A stretch of 64,000 nucleotides of DNA from Octopus vulgaris (Eukaryota), in the NCBI GenBank assembly GCA_951406725.2, contig OX597821.1, positions 92,752,001-92,816,000 of the forward strand. The letters are read 5' to 3'. Positions 11,090-25,146 of this stretch are shown piece by piece; within the stretch, counting starts at the first letter, position 1, and every line of letters begins with the position of its first letter. The notes beneath the pieces were generated by a model, which saw only the letters and a program-made list of their open reading frames with translations, ran no database searches and had not been told where the DNA came from. Both the position numbers and the translations under genes were made by a program.

Positions 11090-12390
11090 TCACTCCAGCC
11101 TCCATTCTACTGTATCTAATAACTTGTCTGGAAAAAAAAATCGTTGTGCTTGTGGCAACGATATAATACGAAAATTATAATTATCAGTTTTATAATAAAT
11201 ATTAATCACAACCTTTGTATCTTCACAAGCCACCCTAACATCTAAATAAATAACTTCGTCTATCGAGTCAATATGTCTAGTCGCTTCGAGACCTTCTGGA
11301 TATATTTTCCCTAGCAAATATTTAAAATTATTGTTGTTAGGAATAAAAATATCATTGATATACCTGCAGCATCTACTGAGTTGTTTGACTAAAACTATTT
11401 TTTTACTTCGGTACAGATTAAGGAAATTGAATTCACAGAAAGACAGATATATACATATCTACTAATAAAGGGATGCAATGGCTACCATCGGAATCCTCTT
11501 AATTTGTCTAAAACATTCGCGGCAAATGTAATATATGTGTTATTGATGATGGAGCTGACCATCTTCTTTAGCCGACCTTTACTAAGCCACGTTTAACCAT
11601 TATATCTACACTCAGACAAACAAACAAAAAAAATACTACTTTTCATGGAAATATACTTAGAGCCTTTATTAAAGACTGCATCAATAGCACTACTTATACT
11701 TTCTTCCGCTCTTTTCAAATCAACATTAATATACTGTGCCGAAAAATAAAAGATATGCATGGTTCAAACTACTCTAATTCTTTGTAGTTTGTTTAAAAAT
11801 TCGTTACTGGGCCTTATACTCCAAATAATCTTACTGCAGAATGGCAAAAACGTTTTTCACAGAACCTCATAAAGTAAGACCTAACAGCATTTAAAGCTTC
11901 TTTAAGCAATAGAGATAATTGTTTCCTAGTACATTTTCTGGCGCCCGTAATAAATCTACTACTATACGAGACTTTATGTAATTTAGGAACCAAAAAACTT
12001 AGGGATAAGCGTATCATTGTCTTCCACGCTGGAACCACTCAACGTTCCACCACAGAAATTAATTTTCTTATTTATTTACTCATCACCTCGTTTGCTTTAT
12101 CAGGTACAACCATATATGGATTATTACCTTTAAAGCTAAAGTCACGCTTTAATGCCAACTCCTAACGTAACACCATTAAATAACATTTTTTCTCAAATAA
12201 TAAAATTCCCACCTGCTTTATCCGCCGGTACCATAACGTATTTAACATGTAACACTAACATACTCTTTAACTTCGGGCTCACCAAACACTGAGTTAATTC
12301 CTATCATCGCGTTCACCCTTCCAATACACTTCAGCAACAAACTGGTTACTCGTTTCCTAAAGTTCACAAATACTCTATTTTAACTTTATA
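11090..12390 (-). pseudogene. Decayed Penelope-like RT, Naiad-like motifs
   Basis: Minus-strand motifs in order: YVMVPADKAGGN, PKLHKVSYSSRFITGARKCTRKQLSLLL, FRQIKRIPM, CRYINDIFIPNN, YLDVRV..YYKTDNYNFRII. The clade assignment is from motif memory. Confidence 0.8.
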
Positions 12391-12396
12391 TATACT

Positions 12397-12520
12397 AACC
12401 ACATGGTTCCAGGGGTTCAGTCCCACTGCGTGGCACCTTAGGCAAGTGTTGTTCTATTATAGCCTCGGGCCGACTACCTTGTGAGTGGGTTTGGTAGACG
12501 GAAACTGAAAGAAGCCCGTC

Positions 12521-12556
<36 letters not shown>

Positions 12557-12830
12557 GACGGGCTTCTTTCAGTTTATATATATATATATGTATTTATAAT
12601 TTAATTATGTATGTGCGTGTATATGTTTGTGTGTCTGTGTTTGTCTCCCCAACATTGATTGACAACCGATGCTGGTATGTTTACGTTCCCGTAGCTTAGC
12701 GGTTTTGCAGAAGATACCGATAGAATACGTACTAGGTTTACAAAGAATAAGTCCTGGGGTCGATTTGCTCAACTAAAGGCGTTGCTCCAGCGTACTGTCA
12801 AATGACTGAAAAAAGTAAAAGAATATAAGA
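12397..12830 (+). mobile_element. SINE family B (5'-truncated) with internal fold-back
   Basis: Family B body and tail; inverted repeat 12502-12523 / 12554-12575. Confidence 0.88.
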
Positions 12831-13257
12831 ATATATATATATGCATGTATGTATATATGTGTGCATGTATGTTTGTATGAATGTGTGCATGGATGGACAG
12901 GTATGTTTGTATGTATGTATGTATGTATGTATGTATACACATATATATATATTAAGCATGTATATCCATATAAGCGTATATTTCTGCACACAGACACATA
13001 CACACCTTCACTAATGTATGTATGTATGTATGTATGTATGTATGTATGTATGTATGTATGTATGTATGTGTGTATGTATGTATGTATGTATGTATGTATG
13101 TATGTATGTATGTATGTGTGTATGCATGTATGCATGACCATGTGTTTGTGCTACTATTTAACCATTCACGGGTTTTATAAATTTCATCTGTTGCCTTCTA
13201 CAGACAGTTGAGCCCATCCTTAACTTTGGCTCTTTCTCAATTATAACTGGTATATAT

Positions 13258-13304
<47 letters not shown>

Positions 13305-13305
13305 A

Positions 13306-13639
13306 AGACCCCCTTCGGTCATGAATGACCATGGGATTGCACCTAGAAAGTTACCTTCCTAGATACAAGTCCGGGCAAGGTTGTTTATGGAAGGCCAGCA
13401 GTCGCCCATGCATACCAGCCTCCCTCTCCACGCCACCAGTGTTATCCAAGGGAAAGACAAAGGTCGATACAGCTTGGCACCAGTGACGTCGCAACTCATT
13501 TCTACAGCTGAGTGAACTGGAGCAACGTGAAATAAAGTGCCTTGCTCGAGAACACAACACGCAGCCCGGTCCGGGATTCGAGCTCACAACCTCACGATCC
13601 TAAGCTCGACGCTCTAACCACTGAGCCATGCGCCTTCAC
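13306..13639 (-). mobile_element. tRNA-derived SINE family C
   Basis: Minus strand GTGAAGGCGCATGGCTCAGTGGTTAGAGC (A box)..GAGCTCGAATCCC (B box)..CTCCAGTTCACTCAGCTGTAGAAATGAGT; flanked by (TA)n. Confidence 0.9.
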
Positions 13640-13640
13640 T

Positions 13641-13769
<129 letters not shown>

Positions 13770-14183
13770 TATATTTGTATCAAGATGTTCGCCTCTGAAC
13801 TCCTCGCCACATTCCTTTCATAACCGCATCAAATTCCTAATTCTAGTTTCACTTCCACATATTCATCAGCAATAACAATTTGCCTACCATTAAATTGCTC
13901 ACAAAATTTATCTCCCACTCCTCCCATCCCTGCACCCTATTACAAGCCTTTTCACCTTTTATTTAAATATCACATCCCACCCCGCCCCCAGAAACTATTT
14001 AAACTCGGTCAGTTTCCGTAGACATTTCGAGAAAAACATATTAGACAACTGGTCCATATCGCAACTACCGACGAGCGCATTGCCTATCAATTATTTAAAG
14101 CAGTCACTTTCAACTACATAATCTCACATGAATTTGCATACAACACACACACACACACATTTACATACATACGTTTATATCGG

Positions 14184-14520
14184 AGACCCCCTTCGGTCAC
14201 GACACAGACCATGGGATTGCACCTAGAAAGTTACCCTCCTAGACACAAGTCCGGGCGAGGTTGTTTATGGAAGACCAGCAGTCGTCCATGCATACCAGCC
14301 TCCCCTCTCCACGCCACCAGTGTTATCCAAGGGAAAGGCAAGGGCCGATACAGCTTGGCACCTGTGATGTCGCAACTCATTTCTACAGCTGAGTGAACTG
14401 GAGCAACGTGAAATAAAGTGTCTTGCTCAAGAACACAACACGCAGCCCGGTCCGGGATTCGTGCTCACAACCTCACGATCGTAAGCTTGACGCTCTAACC
14501 ACTGAGCCATGCGCCTTCAC
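14184..14520 (-). mobile_element. SINE family C with TSD
   Basis: Closely similar to 13306-13639; TSD ATACGTTTATAT at 14169-14180 and 14521-14532. Confidence 0.92.
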
Positions 14521-14552
14521 ATACGTTTATATAATACAAATATATACATATA

Positions 14553-14712
14553 GTTGGAATTTACATAAAAAAGACAAGAAAAGACGAAGACAGTTGCGTA
14601 AACAACAAATAAATGTATACGTTTAACGCTCGGGAAGTGAGAAAGTCTTTTACGTTTCGAGCCTACGCTCTTCAACAGAAAGGAGCACAGAAATAAGCAG
14701 AGAGTGAAAATT
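14553..14712 (-). mobile_element. Element family X1 with hammerhead-like motif at 14647-14682
   Basis: Minus strand CTTT-CTGTTGA-A-GAGC-gtag-GCTC-GAAA-CG-TA-AAAG; flanked by TA repeats. Confidence 0.7.
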
Positions 14713-14734
14713 ATATATATATATATATCACACA

Positions 14735-14872
14735 GGCGTGGCTGTGTGATAAGAAGCTTGCTTTCTCGCCACATAGCTCCAGCCACATTGAGCAAATGTC
14801 TTCTACTATAACCGCGTGCTGACCAAAGCCTTGTGAGGAGATTTGGTAGACGGAAACTGAAGGAAGACCGTC

Positions 14873-14875
<3 letters not shown>
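14735..14875 (+). mobile_element. SINE family B head
   Basis: GGCGTGGCTGTGTGATAAG..GACCAAAGCCTTGTGAGGAGATTTGGTAGACGGAAACTG. Confidence 0.8.
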
Positions 14876-14940
<65 letters not shown>

Positions 14941-15348
14941 TTATGTGTGTGTGTGCAACACATGCACATACGTTCTCTTATAATCTAAGTGATATACATC
15001 TTCAATTATAGTATATTGGCTAATTTTTCCTCTTTACACTTTCCCCTGTTTTAACATACCACCTTCAATATTTTATTCCAGTCTTTGTAGAGATTTGAAC
15101 TTTGAGCATAATTTAGGTGGAACAAATATTACAGAGTGTTCTACCTGGTATTCCAATGATTCCACCAAATCAACATTTTGTGCTGCTTACACACACGCAC
15201 TCACACACACACAAACGCACACACACATATGCACATCATTTATATTGAATATTTTACATTTTCAATGGCTTGTAATCACTGTCTCTCGCTCTTTTGATAT
15301 GTGTGTATGTGTATGTATATATGCATATTTACATGTATATATATATAG

Positions 15349-15414
<66 letters not shown>

Positions 15415-15418
<4 letters not shown>

Positions 15419-15634
15419 GGCTTAGTAAAATAAATTACTTCGCCGCATACTGAACTCATTAGAAATAGCAGCTAAAAGAGTTTTTTAGCTGCTATTTCTA
15501 ATGAGTTCAGTATGCGGCGAAGTAATTTATTTTACTAAGCCCTTTTATATAATGTAATAATTTGAATTCGCCTTAAATGGTCCCTTTGCATACTGAACAC
15601 TTGGTGAAATTGAATAATTTTACCCTCAATTGTT

Positions 15635-15636
<2 letters not shown>
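15415..15636. mobile_element. (TA)n-flanked element X7 beginning with a perfect 63-bp inverted repeat
   Basis: Arms 15415-15477 and 15483-15545 are exact reverse complements; 5-nt loop GAGTT. Confidence 0.75.
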
Positions 15637-15686
<50 letters not shown>

Positions 15687-16348
15687 ATGTATGTATTCAT
15701 TTATGTATGTAAGCATGTATAGATGTGCATGTGCAAGCATGTATGCATCTGTGAGTGAATGAGGCTATATAAATACACATGCATATAATATGCATATATA
15801 TATATATATATACATGTGTGTGTGTTTATGTACACATATTAACATTAAATAAATGTATCCTTTATATGTGGGTGCACGTGTGTATGTGTGTATTTATATG
15901 TAGACAGATATAGATATAGATAAGAAAATAAATATTGTAAGAATTATATGTAGTTTTTTTATTTATTTTTGCTCCTTTCTTAACATTTTTATTCTTTTAC
16001 AATGGAAATTGTAAATCTCACTCTGAAATAAATAATAACATTTTGCTTTTCCACCAACGATATATATCATATGGACAGAATATATTGTGTTTGTTTCTGT
16101 TAAAGAACTCCACTTAGTTAATATAACATCATGTAACACTGATTAATGCAATAAATTTCCTTCATACTGTTCTTCCTGTTTTTGTTTTTTTTGCCAAATA
16201 GTTTATCTCTTTTCTCAATTCTTATCACATTACATACTCTCTGGTTATGTTCAGTGCTTCTTGGAGCAAATTGCAGTACAGATGAATATGAATGAATCAT
16301 TTAGGATGGAATAAATTTTAAATTGAATCCACTCATCCTATACATTTG

Positions 16349-16441
<93 letters not shown>

Positions 16442-16569
16442 CATACATACATACATATGTGTGTGTGTGCGCGTAAGCATGCATATATATATGTTTGCAT
16501 GTGTATGTTGCGTTTCCTGTGTCTGTCTATGTATTTGCATGTGTGTGTGTACGTGTGTATAGCTACATG

Positions 16570-16610
<41 letters not shown>

Positions 16611-16662
16611 CCATACATATTGTACATACATATATACATAAGTATATATGTGTGAGTATATA

Positions 16663-16710
<48 letters not shown>

Positions 16711-17871
16711 TAGGTATATATTTATGTATACATATGCATGTATATACATATATAAAGAGGGAAGGAGAGAGATACAATGGCAATCCCTCAAAGTAAGATC
16801 ATAAAGGTGAGTAAATGAGCAAAAGGTTAGACAAATGGGGAAATAAAATGTTTTCTCTTTTGTTGCTTTTTTTTTGAAGAATAGAAAAATAAAAGATAAT
16901 TGTCATGATAACACTATTTACTCTATTCTTTGTAAGAAATATGTCAATGTGATCTGGGGAAAGAAACTCATCATAGTCTGAATAATAAAAGAGAAAGCTA
17001 TGGGAAAAAAATTCTGTAGAATAAAAATATGCAGAAAGGAATTCGTTTCCAAGAATCTGCTGTATTGTTAGAAACCAAATGTTGTTTTGTATAGAATTTA
17101 TATTATTTTTCTAGTAACTTGTTGATATATGATTAAGGAGTGTTTGGCAGTTCATAGATTGATAATTCCTCTGGATGTTTATCATCATCATAATAACAGT
17201 GGCAGGTGTAGCTGGTAAAAAGTTATTAGAGAGAAGAGTTTGATGTACCATATTCTATAACAGTTGTGGCACTGAATCACTGGAAAATACAACCTACTTT
17301 ACCACTCAATTGTGAATACTGGAAGCTGTTCCTTCATATGTAGCTATGTATATTTTACCTTTGTTCTCTGTTGAATAATGAAATAAATGGATATTCTATT
17401 ATGTGTGTGTGCATGTGAGAGAGAGAGAGAGTGAGCATGTGTGTTTGCTAGTCAGGTAAACTGATGAAAAGAATAATGTGCTTTCCTATAGAGGGCAGAA
17501 CACAATAAGTAATGCAACATCTGAAATGATGACTATGCTCTCACTCTATATCCATCAAGTCAACAATGGAGATTTTACATCACAGTTATTTCCATACAAT
17601 GCTCTATGAGATCTAGTTAGGGGTGCAGAAAATAATATATTATTTCCAAAATGTGAAAAACACAACAGCTGAAATTCAAAATAAATATCCTTGATAACTA
17701 TATTTCATTAATTCAATAAAGAAGTTATCACCTAATGACTTTCTATAATGTAAGTTATATTTATAGACTAAAATATATAAATATATTTTTGAATTTGATT
17801 TTTAAACTATTTTGTATGAGGGTCAACAAGAAAATAACAGTACAATCAATATGGATACACAGTGGACCCAG

Positions 17872-18323
17872 ATGAGATGCAGTTTGGTTTTGTGCCTTGT
17901 GAGGTAACTGCAGGCAACAAATTTTAGCATTCACTGATTTGCAGAAGGTATTTGACAGGGTGAGATGTTCAGGAATTCACTGATCACTAAAGAAATTAAG
18001 TATAGATGAAAAGTGTGCTAGGGATGTACAAGCTATGTGCAAAGATGTAGTATATAAAGTGAAAGTCAACGAAGATTTCAGGCGCGAATTTGATGCAAGA
18101 ATAGGAATCCATCAAGAGTCAGTCCTCAGTTTTTTCTTTTATTCTTTTAGTTGTTTTAGTCATTTGACTGTGGACATGCTGGAGCACCGCCTTTAGTCGA
18201 ATAAATTGACCCGGCACTTATTCTTTGTAAGCCTAGTACTTATTCTATCAGTCGTTTTTGCCCAACCGCTAAGTTACGGGGCGTAAACACACCAGCATCG
18301 GTTGTCAAGCTATGTTGGGGGGA

Positions 18324-18393
<70 letters not shown>

Positions 18394-19160
18394 TATATAC
18401 ATATATACGACGGACTTCTTTCAGTTTTCGTCTACCAAATCTACACACAAGGCTTTGATTGACCTGAGGCTATAGTAGAAGACACTTACCCTAGGTGTCA
18501 CGCAGTGGGACTGAACCCGGAACCATGTGGTTGGTAAGCAAGCTACTTACCACACAGCCACTCCTATGTCAATTTATTATTTATTTCTTTATTCTTTATT
18601 GTTCTATAGGCCATTACAGAGGGGTTTAGGACTAGATGTCCCTGGAAACTCATATGTTAATGAATCTATAGGGGAAATTCCAGGCATAGAAGTTTAACCT
18701 AGAATCAACAAATTTCAAGTTAAATCTTGCTAAGACGAAATTTTATTAAGTGGAAAAGTGGTAAACATATCAGGATGGAACCCTGATATGTTCAGTGAAA
18801 TAGCTTTGCTCGAAGTGTCAAAAAGGAATCAGTATAAACTCCACGCGTTGTACTCAATGTAAGCTATGGACATACGTGGGGTGTAGTGGAATCATGTGCA
18901 AACTAACAAACAAAATAACTTTCATATGCAACAAATACCATGTTCTCTTAGATGCTTGGATGGTTCACTAGAAATAATCAATAGTTTGTATTACCTCTCA
19001 AATATAATTAGCAGGGAAGATGTTCGCTCTGAAAATATAGAGGCCAGAGTAAGAGCAGTTTGCTGCCAGCAACGAAGATTTTTTTTTCCCTCAGAGGGAA
19101 GAGCAGATTGTATGATGCCTGTGTTCGTTTTTTCTCACTACCATGCAAAAGTGCATGATA
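17872..19160 (+). pseudogene. Decayed RTE-clade LINE RT, interrupted by a SINE B
   Basis: DEMQFGFVP, AFTDLQKVFDRV, RIGIHQESVLS | AITEGFRTRCPWKL match the RTE-type EMQFGF / DLEKAFDRV / GVHQGSVLS / PWELLYADD motifs. Confidence 0.8.
18135..18567 (-). mobile_element. SINE family B
   Basis: Full reverse-complement copy with internal (CA)n. Confidence 0.92.
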
Positions 19161-19776
19161 ATGTATGGTGACACCACAAGACCTCATGCCATAGAAAGCA
19201 CCGAGTACATGATGCCAAATGTTCAATAGCACGAAAGGCATCTAACTGTACAACCATTCCAAACTAAACATTGGAGCGCAATGCAGTATTCTAACCAATC
19301 AGTTAATATCAAGCCACCCAACCCATGCCAGCATGAAATATGGACAGTAAATGATGATGACGATGATAATAAGTTATATCAAAACATTTTTATATGCACC
19401 AAGATGTACAGTAAGTGAAGATATTTTGGAATTAACTTTTCTACAAAATTACTAGATCTGTAAAAAGAATGTGACATCGTAATCACAAATTTCATTCCAC
19501 CATGTCATTAATAAAAGCAGCTGCAAATTGTTGTTTTTGGTGTGTCTTACTACATTTTGCTCATTTATTATATATATACCTATATGCATATGTGTACATA
19601 TACATATATATATATATAGAGAGAGAGAGAGAGGTATGTATGAATGAATGTAAGTATATATGTATATATGTATGTATATGTGTATATATTCGTGTATGTG
19701 TGTCTATGTAAGCATATATTCATATGCATACATACATGCATATGCATATATATGTACACACACACACACACACACG

Positions 19777-19813
<37 letters not shown>

Positions 19814-20214
19814 GTGTATGCATACATATACATATAAGTGTATATGGAGTTGTATCTGTCTGTTTGACTATAGGGAAATGTCTTGCTTCGAAATAGGTAA
19901 GGGTTGGCAATGAGAAGGGTATCCAACCATAAAATAAAACCTACCACAATGAATCCTGTCTGATCCGTACAGACATTGATAGGTGGGCATTAAAACAATG
20001 ATGATGATGATGACGACGATGATGATGAATTAGGTGCGGTCTAATTGTGCGGTTAAAATGACTTCAACTATAAGGTTTCAAGTTCAGCTCCAGTGAGTGG
20101 CGCCTTGGTCAAGTGTTTTCTGCTATAGTTTTGGGCAGCTGACCAAAGCCTTTTGAGTGGATTTGAGAGACAGAAACTGAAAAAAAAAATCATATCAAGA
20201 TGGTGAAATATGAT

Positions 20215-20635
20215 CTTTGGATGTTGGGTCTCAGAGGCAATGACAAATGACCAGGATTATTGGAGATTTGCTATGCTTCGGGAGACACGTCAGGCATAGT
20301 GAAATTGTAATCGTAGCCCACTTCCTTCTCCTTTCGCACCCCTTCCTCCTTCTTCTCTTTACGTGGTGACACGTAAAAGCCCACTTCCTTCTCCTTTCGC
20401 ACCCCTTCCTCCTTCTTCTCTTTACGTGGTGACACGTAAAAGGCACCCATGCCAGTGACATCTAAAACAGCACCCGTGTCGGTGACATGTGAAAAGTATC
20501 TGTGCTGCCTGCACGTTAAAGGCACTAATGCTGGTGACACCGGGTATACTCCGTGGAGTTGTTGGCATTAGGAAGAGCACCCAGTCACAGAAACCAAGCC
20601 AAAAACGGCCTGGTGCTTGTTACAGCTATCCAGCT
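20215..20635 (+). mobile_element. Repeat family E (RTE-3'UTR-like) with internal 63-bp tandem duplication
   Basis: GGTGACACGTAAAAGGCACCC minirepeats and GTTGGCATTAGGAAGAGCACCCAG; duplication 20315-20440; related to 33790-34110. Confidence 0.6.
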
Positions 20636-20709
20636 TAATATACATACATACATACATACATACATACATACATACATACATACATACATACATACATACA
20701 TACATACAT

Positions 20710-20891
20710 ACATACGGCCATATCAGGTTGAATGCAAGGGTTTTCGTCCAATCATCGAATTTAAGCGACATCGAACCTAGCGAGTACTTAGATGGGTGAC
20801 CGCTTGTGATATCTAGGTGTTGTAAGCGTCTCACACTTACTGGTGGTGCCCTAGCATGGCCAGACCCTCAAGTCTGAAACGTATAAAAGAA
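20710..20891 (+). mobile_element. 5S rRNA-derived SINE (SINE3-type): degenerate 5S head (20710-20827) plus LINE-like tail
   Basis: TACGGCCATATCAGGTTGAATGCAAGGGTTTTCGTCCAATCATCGAATTTAAGCGACATCG..AGTACTTAGATGGGTGACCGCTTGTGATATCTAGGTGTTGTAAGC is colinear with metazoan 5S rRNA. It is followed by GGTGGTGCCCTAGCATGGCC..CTGAAACGTATAAAAGA instead of an oligo-T terminator. Confidence 0.85.
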
Positions 20892-20901
20892 TATATATAT
20901 A

Positions 20902-20947
<46 letters not shown>

Positions 20948-20949
<2 letters not shown>

Positions 20950-21101
20950 TTCAGCAAAACAATTTAGATTCAAATGAATATGGTACTTAATTTAAGTACC
21001 TTACCTATATTTGCTGTAATATTTGCAGCTTTAATAAATTGTTATAGTATGAAACAATTGTACTAAATTACCGGATCCATTCTTGTTGCTTAATTTTTGG
21101 T
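20948..21101. mobile_element. (TA)n-flanked short non-coding element X8
   Basis: About 150 bp between two (TA)n tracts; small palindrome GGTACTTAATTTAAGTACC; ends ..TTGGT-(TA)n like X7. Confidence 0.45.
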
Positions 21102-21145
<44 letters not shown>

Positions 21146-21184
21146 TATGTATATATAAGTATATATACATACAAACATATATAC

Positions 21185-21500
21185 TAACCTGTGGCATGGG
21201 ATTATCTTCGCCCTAAATGCGAACATTATGCATATTGACTTTACCATTCGTATGGAATGTGGCTTCATTACTGAAAACAAGACTTCCTTGAACTCGGCTT
21301 CCTCGAGTTTCTCTTGAATATCAACAGAGTATTGCTTGCACTTTCACTTGTCATTTGCCGTTATGGCCTGAAGAAGCTGCAGCTTGTAGGGTTTCATTAG
21401 CATGCGTTTCCTCAGGACGCGCCAAACTGTTGTTGGAAGAATCTGAGTTTTCAGGATTGTTCTTCTTATGGACTTCTTGGGACTTCGCAAGAGTTTTTGG
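21185..21500 (-). pseudogene. Tc1/mariner-superfamily transposase fragment
   Basis: RSPKKSIRR..PTTVWRVLRKRMLMKPYKLQLLQ, then FSNEATFH..GKVN.HNVRI-like sequence. Confidence 0.8.
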
Positions 21501-21504
21501 CGAA

Positions 21505-22090
21505 CCCACTCGACGAATCTCGTATATTGCATCATATGCAAACTCTGCGGTGCTCTTTACATTGGAGAAACAGTGCTTTCGCGAACATATAATGCTACGT
21601 ATGCCAGGACAACCGGCCGCCACCCACTTCAACACTGTGAATCATTCTATTGCAGATTTATCAGGAAACAAAAGATTTATCAGGAAACAAAAGGGGGAAC
21701 GTCTCATATTTGATCTTGGCACCATGTCCCCAACAGGTATGAATGAACGTCTTTCCTTTCATCCTTTCACCTTCTCTTAATTCTTTTTTACCCTTTTTAA
21801 TCCTCCTTCCACTCTCTCCCTCTTCAACATTCCCTTATTTACTTACTTCTACTCTCTCCATCATCCTTTTTCTTCTGCTTTTTGCACACCCTCTCCTATA
21901 ACGTCTACTTTTCTGCATTCATTATCAGGTGCAGCCTGTTTTTTCAAGCTGAGAGGATGTAAATCTGTTTGACTTTTCTCTCTTTTTCTTTTCTTTTTCT
22001 CTGCCCCCTTACGAAGAATTGAATCCGAAACGTTAGATATTCTACTCCTCACGGTAAGTTCACTGTACCCCTTTCACTTTGTATATGTAC
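21505..22090 (+). pseudogene. Penelope-like element 3' end: GIY-YIG endonuclease remnant plus pLTR with decayed hammerhead
   Basis: STNLVYCIICKLCGALYIGET..EH..PAATHFNTVNHSIADL..ERLIFDLGTMSPTGMN, then a pyrimidine-rich UTR and CTTACGA-A-GAATTGAATCC-GAAA-CG-TT at 22008-22034. Confidence 0.85.
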
Positions 22091-22294
22091 ATATATACTT
22101 TTATGTTTTTCTATGCCTGCCATCTCTGAAGAGTGTGATGTTAATTAACCACAATATACTTTAGTTAATACCAAGTGTAAAACCAGTTGGTATGACTAAT
22201 ATATCCATTATATTGAAAAATATACACCAGCGTATTATTTCTGACTTATAGAATCTTAGATGACCACTATTATCATCATCCTCATCATCATCAT

Positions 22295-22366
<72 letters not shown>

Positions 22367-22373
22367 TATCGTC

Positions 22374-22410
<37 letters not shown>

Positions 22411-22437
22411 TCAAGCATATATATGTAATATATATAC

Positions 22438-22593
<156 letters not shown>

Positions 22594-23009
22594 TTGACTG
22601 CATTCCTAGTAGCAGAGGTGCCTGATTTTCTCTTTCATGGAGAGAAATACATTCAACATGAATTGAATTATACAGAGCATCCACCTTCTAATTCCTAGTC
22701 TGTCCATCCATTGAATGTGATGGCTCAGGTGTAGTCTGCCGAACAAAAGAATATTTTCATGTTAATTATCATTGGAAATGTCTTTGTAATCACCACAGCA
22801 AATCTACCATCACCTCAAACTATAATGCTTCACAAGATCCCCAGAGTTTTTACAATCTTTCAACATTTCTCCAAATTTGATAATCTTAGAATCTCTTTTT
22901 GCTAACTTTTGGTGTTGCCTTTTTTTTTCTTCTTCTTTTCCTTTTCTTTTTTCTTCCAGTTTTAGGTCTGAAGATATTTTTCCTTTGCTTATTTATTCGA
23001 TATTATTTT

Positions 23010-23511
<502 letters not shown>

Positions 23512-24261
23512 TTGTCTGTGTTTAGCTATCCATGTTTTTCTTTCCCTTTTGCTGCTGAAGCACTTTCCTTTCTTTGCTATCAGATGGGATTCATGAATTT
23601 GTCAAACTATTTACTCTGTTTTCGTTTCTTCGATTCTAAACTACACTCAAATGTAAAGCTGTCTTTTAACATTCCTAACTTTGATAATGTAAAAAAAAAA
23701 ATGTCATATATGCAACAGAAGACAGCAATATAATTATTCAGATCGTCTTTGAATACAGGAATGTAAGCTACAACTATTGTTTATTTTATCTAAATACAGC
23801 AAGTATGGATACAGAGTCCTAGCATAAAAATTTGCTTTGTATTCAAGTGGTTCCAAGTTCAAAATCAATTAATGGTAAGTTCAGTGTCTCCTTCCATAGC
23901 TTCAGATTGTCCAATATGTCGCAAATAGAAGATGGTTGATAGAGATTGTATAGAATATTGTCGCCATTTGTTTTTGCTTCTTGTATCTATGCCACACTAA
24001 GGATCCACCCTTGAGTTAAATCTATAGTTTAAATTTGATTTGGTACATGCATATCTATGGCATCCTACCAACATTGCAATGTGAGCTTTATTTTATCGTA
24101 CCTAGCCATTTCTGGCATACTACAAGTCAATGTGCCTTGATTTTTATGAATTCAAATAATAAACACATGCACATACACACACAAACATATATATATATAT
24201 ATATATATATACTCACACACACACACACACATACACACACATATATATATATATACATATA

Positions 24262-24298
<37 letters not shown>

Positions 24299-24394
24299 AT
24301 AGTAATGGTAAGATAACAAAAGAATGAAAGCGACCTCGATATTATGTAAATAGAGGAATTTATCGGTATATATATGTGACAACTATATTTACAC

Positions 24395-24650
<256 letters not shown>

Positions 24651-24904
24651 TATCATTTTAGTTCGTTTATGTGAAATGTTTTTGAGTGGGCTCATAGAAA
24701 GCTCCTATGCTATTTATTCTGCTACCACTTATTTTTCCCATCTTCCAGAGTAATGGTATGGTATAGTTATAAGAGTGGTGCCGTTATAGCGTAGGATAAA
24801 TATAGTAATAACAAGAACTTTTGGACAGAAATTCATAAATCCTTCAATGCATTTCTACGTACGTTTCCAGAAACCACATTTTTGTTACTGTATTCCCCAT
24901 CCAT

Positions 24905-25146
24905 AGAATATTACCTGCGACGATTTCATCTCAATCGAAGGAGAGGAGCTTTCTCCGTCCGGGTTGCGGATCCGTGGAACAAGCTGCCAGACGAGATGGT
25001 GAAGATGCCGACGACCGCTTTGTTCAAAGTCTCCCTTGACCTCAAGTGGCCTGAACTCTTTATATGAACACCACCCTGTACTTAACTCCATGTCCCCCTA
25101 CATGGCCTTGCTTTTTGCTTTTGAGCAAAAAAATTAACTAACTAAC
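24905..25146 (+). mobile_element. CR1-clade LINE 3' end (5'-truncated)
   Basis: RRRGAFSVRVADPWNKLPDEMV..FKVSLD matches the CR1 ORF2 C-terminal FS.RV...WN.LP motif; short 3' UTR; (CTAA)n tail. Confidence 0.85.

Noticed and set aside
20710-20827. Functional 5S rRNA gene
   Set aside because: Many substitutions, no oligo-T terminator, and fused to a retroposon tail.
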